Positions 60,098 through 64,000 of a stretch of DNA of 64,000 bases are shown one piece after another. The notes under the pieces were generated by a model. That model saw only the letters and a list, made by a program, of their open reading frames with translations, was not told the origin of the DNA and did no database searches. How positions within the stretch are numbered: position 1 is the first letter of the stretch; every line of letters starts with the position of its first letter. This DNA is from Bacteroidales bacterium (GTDB lineage Bacteria > Bacteroidota > Bacteroidia > Bacteroidales > UBA7960), in assembly GCA_007125585.1 (NCBI GenBank), contig SLCY01000012.1, forward strand, positions 9,627 to 73,626, given 5' to 3'. A program made the translations under genes and the position numbers.

Positions 60098-60242
60098 TCA
60101 GTTGAAGGTTCGGTTAAATGTGGCCGCAAGTTACCAATATTTGTACTGATAGGCAAGAAGATTTTCATTCATGTCTGGTTTCTGAGGGTTTATATTTCTG
60201 TTTTTTTAGGAAAAGACCCGGGCTTTTTTCGCCTTTTTTGGT

Positions 60243-60250
60243 TAAATTTG
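60243..60250 (+). promoter_or_regulatory. candidate -7 box TAAATTTG for porX
   Basis: Exact TAnnTTTG, 27 nt upstream of the ATG at 60277. Confidence 0.4.
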
Positions 60251-60276
60251 TTGATAACCGCTAATTTTAATACAAT

Positions 60277-61827
60277 ATGAATGCAAAAATTCTATGGGCA
60301 GATGATGAAATTGATCTTTTGAAGCCACATATATTATTTCTTCGGGAAAAGGGCTATGATGTGCTGACCACGAATAGCGGGTCCGAAGCCCTTGACATGA
60401 TCGAAGACCATGGTTTTGACATCATTTTTCTTGATGAGAACATGCCCGGGTTGTCAGGTGTTGAGACGCTGGAACGGATCAAGGGCAAATATCCCGGTTT
60501 GCCTGTGGTGATGATCACAAAGAGCGAGGAAGAGGCGATCATGAATGAGGCCATCGGAAGCAATATCTCTGATTACCTTATCAAGCCGGTAAATCCCAAC
60601 CAGATATTGCTGGCCTTAAAGAAGAACCTGGACAACCGCAAGCTGGTAAGTGAAAAGACCGCTATGGCCTATCAGCAGCAGTTCAGGCAGATCGGCATGA
60701 GTTTATCGGTGTCGCTTGACTTTGATGAGTGGGCAGATATTTACCGGCAACTGGTTTACTGGGAGCTGGAACTTGCAAAATCGCAGGATGAAAACCTCAG
60801 GGAGATCTTTTTGATGCAAAAGGCGGAAGCAAACAATGTTTTTTGCCGCTTCATTGAAGAAAAATATATAGACTGGGTGAATGGGCGCGCCGAGAATAAA
60901 CCCGTACTATCACATACAGCCTTTCGTGAAAAGTGCCTTCCCATCATCAAGGAAGAGAAAAACGCCTTCCTGATCCTTGTTGATAACCTGCGATTCGACC
61001 AGTGGAAGGTGATACAGCCCAGGCTGGAAGAATCGTATCGCGTGGCACAGGAGGAGGTGTACTGCAGTATATTGCCCACTGCCACCCAGTACGCGCGCAA
61101 TGCCTTTTTCGCCGGATTGATGCCCGGAGAGATCCAGAAAAAATATCCGCAGTACTGGATCCGGGAACAGGATGAAGGTACCAGGAACCAGTATGAAGCC
61201 GAACTGCTGGCCGAACAACTCAAACGACTCGGTGGCGGCGTTCCATTCAATTATCATAAAATACTGAACCTTACTGCCGGAAAAAAATTCCTCGGCAACC
61301 TGAGTGACCACCTGGGGCAGAAACTGAATGTGCTGGTCTATAACTTCGTCGACATGCTCTCACATTCACGTACGGAGATGGAGGTGATCAAAGAACTCGC
61401 AGAAACAGAAGCCGCCTATCGCTCAATCACCATGAGCTGGTTTGAACATTCCCCGTTGTGGGAAATCATCCGTAATCTGGGAGCAAAGAAAATCCCCGTC
61501 ATCATTACCACAGACCATGGGGCAATCCGGGTAAACCATCCGACGAAAGTGGTGGGAGACAAAAACACCAATACCAACCTTCGTTACAAGACAGGAAAAA
61601 ATCTGCAGTATGACCCCCGGGAGGTGTTCGAGGTGAAGAACCCGAATGATGCCTTCCTGCCCAGGGACAATGTGAGTGCAAACTTTATTTTTGCCAGGGA
61701 AGACCACTTTTTTGTCTATCCCAATAATTACAATTACTTTGTGAATTATTATAAAAACACCTTTCAGCATGGCGGGGTGTCACTTGAAGAAATGCTGATA
61801 CCATTTATTTATCTGAAACCAAGGTAG
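60277..61827 (+). CDS. porX: response regulator with PglZ/alkaline-phosphatase-superfamily effector domain (PorX-type T9SS regulator)
   Basis: 516 aa. Receiver ILWADDEIDLLKPHILFLREKGY...IIFLDENMPGLSG, then a roughly 380-aa PglZ-like domain (LVDNLRFDQW..., TTDHG). Architecture and length match PorX as I recall it. Confidence 0.7.
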   Translation: MNAKILWADDEIDLLKPHILFLREKGYDVLTTNSGSEALDMIEDHGFDIIFLDENMPGLSGVETLERIKGKYPGLPVVMITKSEEEAIMNEAIGSNISDYLIKPVNPNQILLALKKNLDNRKLVSEKTAMAYQQQFRQIGMSLSVSLDFDEWADIYRQLVYWELELAKSQDENLREIFLMQKAEANNVFCRFIEEKYIDWVNGRAENKPVLSHTAFREKCLPIIKEEKNAFLILVDNLRFDQWKVIQPRLEESYRVAQEEVYCSILPTATQYARNAFFAGLMPGEIQKKYPQYWIREQDEGTRNQYEAELLAEQLKRLGGGVPFNYHKILNLTAGKKFLGNLSDHLGQKLNVLVYNFVDMLSHSRTEMEVIKELAETEAAYRSITMSWFEHSPLWEIIRNLGAKKIPVIITTDHGAIRVNHPTKVVGDKNTNTNLRYKTGKNLQYDPREVFEVKNPNDAFLPRDNVSANFIFAREDHFFVYPNNYNYFVNYYKNTFQHGGVSLEEMLIPFIYLKPR

Positions 61828-61905
61828 CAGCAGGGTTGCTCAAAGTTGGGCAGTCCCCGGCTATAAGCGTTTGAAGGCTGCAAAACCAAAACAAAACACC
61901 CTAAC

Positions 61906-62352
61906 ATGCAAGTGGACAGAACGCTGGCGGTGATCTTGCAACAAAAGGAATATCGTGTGGATCATATTGACGCACTTGAAGGTGCGTCAAAGGCTTTACT
62001 GGCCGCCCATCCCGGTGCACGTGTTTTTGCTGTTTATGGGACCATGGGTGTGGGCAAAACGGTTTTTATAAAGGCACTGTGCAAAACACTCGGTGTATCA
62101 GACATGGTGAGCAGCCCAAGCTTTCCCATTGTGAACCATTACGTTTCAGAAAAGGGGGAAAGCCTGTACCATTTCGATTTTTACAGGATCAAAGCCCTGG
62201 AAGAGGTATACGATCTGGGTTATGAAGACTATTTCTATTCAGGGAACCATTGTTTTATTGAATGGCCGGAAAAGGTAGAAACATTGTTGCCGGAGGATAC
62301 GGTCAGGGTTTTTATGGAAGAGGACCATGGTGTCCGGATCATTCGCTTTTGA
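61906..62352 (+). CDS. tsaE: tRNA t6A37 biosynthesis ATPase TsaE
   Basis: 148 aa. P-loop YGTMGVGKT, SPSFPIVNHY, HFDFYR. Confidence 0.88.
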   Translation: MQVDRTLAVILQQKEYRVDHIDALEGASKALLAAHPGARVFAVYGTMGVGKTVFIKALCKTLGVSDMVSSPSFPIVNHYVSEKGESLYHFDFYRIKALEEVYDLGYEDYFYSGNHCFIEWPEKVETLLPEDTVRVFMEEDHGVRIIRF

Positions 62353-62393
62353 GGGTTCATTCAGTAATCCAGCGAATTTGTTTCGCATTAAAC

Positions 62394-63623
62394 ATGACGA
62401 GCATGGAACAATCAGGCAGTGATTATGTAAAGTTCTCCAAATCGTGGCACTTCAGTCCCCAGGAGGAGACGCTGGAAGTGAAGAAAAAAAAAAATAACCT
62501 TGTTATTGGCATACCGGTGGAGACCACTTACGATGAGAATCGTGTTGCACTGGCCCCGGAAGCTGCAGCCCTCCTGACACAGAACGGACATACCCTGTTG
62601 ATCCAGTCCCGGGCCGGAGAGAATGCTTTTTTTCCCGATCAGGCATATGCCGAAGCAGGTTGTCAGCTGGTGTATTCTGCAAAAGAGGTGTTTCAGGCCG
62701 ATATTATTCTAAAAGTAGCACCTTTGAGCGACAAAGAGTTGAAATATGTGCGCCCCGGTCAGATCATTTTTTCCACAGTGGCCTTGCCAATGCAGCAAGA
62801 AGCCTATTTTAAGGCGTTGATGTCGAAAAAGGTAACGGCCGTCGCCTTTGAGTTCATCAGGGACAAAGCCAACACTTTTCCTTTGGTCCGCAGCATGAGC
62901 GAGATAGCCGGCAACACATCCGTTCTGATCGCTTCGGAATATTTGAGTGACAAGGAATACGGAAAGGGGCGGATGTTTGGAGGCCTGTCGGGGATCACAC
63001 CCACCGAGGTGGTTATCCTGGGGGCTGGCACGGTAGGGGAATATGCCGTGCGGGCAGCCATGGGCCTTGGTGCACTGGTGAAAGTGTTTGACGCTTCGAT
63101 ATACAGGCTGCGCCGCCTGCAAAATAACCTGAGTACCCGCATATTTACCTCAATCATCCAACCTAAAATGCTTCTGAAGGCCCTGAAAACAGCCGATGTG
63201 GCCATCGGGGCGGTTCACTCCCCATGGGGGCGAACACCCGTCGTCGTCAACGAAGAAATGGTGAGCCGGATGAAAAATGGCAGCATCATCGTGGATGTGA
63301 GCATTGACCAGGGCGGCTGCTTTGAGACCAGCGCCATCACCACACACTCCGATCCGGTATTCAAAAAATACGGCGTGACCCATTACTGTGTCCCCAACAT
63401 CGCCTCACGTGTGCCCAACACAGCCTCATATGCTTTCAGCAACTTCTTTGCCCCTGTTATGCTGGCAATAGGGGAAGAAGGCGGTGCCGAGAACATGCTT
63501 AAACGCGACCCCGGCGTAAGACAAGGGGTGTATATGTTCAACGGAACACTCACCAACCGGAATATCGGGGAATTCTTCCGCCTGCCCTATCAGGATATTG
63601 ACCTGCTGATGGCTGCATTTTAA
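62394..63623 (+). CDS. alanine dehydrogenase / PNT family NAD-binding protein
   Basis: Frame 62262..63623 trimmed to ATG 62394 (the upstream part overlaps tsaE). IGIPVETTYDENRVALAPEAA, VVILGAGTVGEYA, VDVSIDQGGC. Confidence 0.8.
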   Translation: MTSMEQSGSDYVKFSKSWHFSPQEETLEVKKKKNNLVIGIPVETTYDENRVALAPEAAALLTQNGHTLLIQSRAGENAFFPDQAYAEAGCQLVYSAKEVFQADIILKVAPLSDKELKYVRPGQIIFSTVALPMQQEAYFKALMSKKVTAVAFEFIRDKANTFPLVRSMSEIAGNTSVLIASEYLSDKEYGKGRMFGGLSGITPTEVVILGAGTVGEYAVRAAMGLGALVKVFDASIYRLRRLQNNLSTRIFTSIIQPKMLLKALKTADVAIGAVHSPWGRTPVVVNEEMVSRMKNGSIIVDVSIDQGGCFETSAITTHSDPVFKKYGVTHYCVPNIASRVPNTASYAFSNFFAPVMLAIGEEGGAENMLKRDPGVRQGVYMFNGTLTNRNIGEFFRLPYQDIDLLMAAF

Positions 63624-63691
63624 TGGGTCTTTCCCCACTCCGTGAAAACAATTATCTTTGTAACATCATATATGCATACAATGTTTTTATA

Positions 63692-64000
63692 ATGAAAAAG
63701 TCTGTTCTGCTGATCAACCTGTTGATTGCCCTTGTTTTTATTCTTGTACAGAATTTGTCCTACACTGGATGGGTGCATGCGAATAAAAATACACTTGAGA
63801 TCCTACATCAGGAAGGAACCCCTGAGCCTTCACCGGACAAGGTTCCGCTAATTGCACCACATTACACTGTTGAAAAAGGGCATGATGCGGATGTGGCTTT
63901 GCACTTCTTTGAACAACGCTTGCTGGTTAGTCGTTTCGCGAAAATACAATTGAATGATGCCATGAAAGGGACGGATATCCTTGACAAAGGGGATCAGATC
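63692..64000 (+). CDS. hypothetical membrane-anchored/exported protein, N-terminal part only
   Basis: My translation from ATG 63692 is open to the window edge (103 codons): MKKSVLLINLLIALVFILVQNLSYTGWVHANKNTLEILHQEGTPEPSPDK... Confidence 0.45.
   Translation, partial: MKKSVLLINLLIALVFILVQNLSYTGWVHANKNTLEILHQEGTPEPSPDKVPLIAPHYTVEKGHDADVALHFFEQRLLVSRFAKIQLNDAMKGTDILDKGDQI

Noticed and set aside
60134-60200. Possible fourth, degenerate copy of the repeat core in the lpxD-porX divergent region (AATATTTGTAC, TTTTCATTCATGTCTGG, TATATTTCTG). A CCTCCTGGTACA word also occurs at about 45688-45712.
   Set aside because: The matches are words of 11 nt or less in AT-rich promoter-like sequence and are in a different order from the three clear copies. 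I cannot distinguish them from compositional chance without a statistical search.

Overview
Chromosomal window from a Bacteroidota-type genome. This is inferred from an LpxC-FabZ fusion gene, a PorX-type receiver-PglZ regulator, a T9SS C-terminal sorting domain, TAnnTTTG -7 boxes ahead of most transcription units, and no Shine-Dalgarno sequences. The content is almost entirely core housekeeping. A minus-strand block carries a sigma-54 response regulator, an ABC-2 exporter pair, dnaJ, grpE, murA, a DUF4290 gene and a UvrD-like helicase. The complete str-S10-spc-alpha ribosomal supercluster follows (rpsL to rplQ, 14167-32605, including fusA, secY, map, infA, rpoA). Next come eno, a T9SS-secreted EEP-family enzyme, a Na/Pi cotransporter, a TPR histidine kinase, tRNA-Leu and tig-clpP-clpX. 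After those are a few polysaccharide genes (sugar transferase, oxidoreductase, Wzx, glycosyltransferase), pcm, tRNA-His, a truncated System I cytochrome c maturation cluster (ccmB-C-D-E), the lipid A cluster with two lpxD paralogs plus efp, porX, tsaE and an AlaDH-family gene. There is no CRISPR, rRNA, transposase, integrase or phage gene. I found no multi-gene novel system such as defence, toxin or secretion. What the gene calls do not explain is mostly non-coding: (1) a three-copy composite intergenic repeat (hairpin with conserved outer stem plus a 55-nt promoter-like core) at about 536-692, 43355-43500 and 48985-49235; (2) unusual short-period tandem arrays linked to it, including a perfect (CCCCTTAA)x5 tract giving a G-quadruplex motif on the opposite strand; (3) unusually long structured spacers inside the ribosomal cluster. 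Coding oddities are a sigma-54 activator with no DNA-binding domain and a GSFTSA loop, an L17 with a 150-aa repetitive acidic tail, and a CcmE with CxxxY in place of HxxxY. All coordinates, folds and alignments were done by eye; no database search was run.
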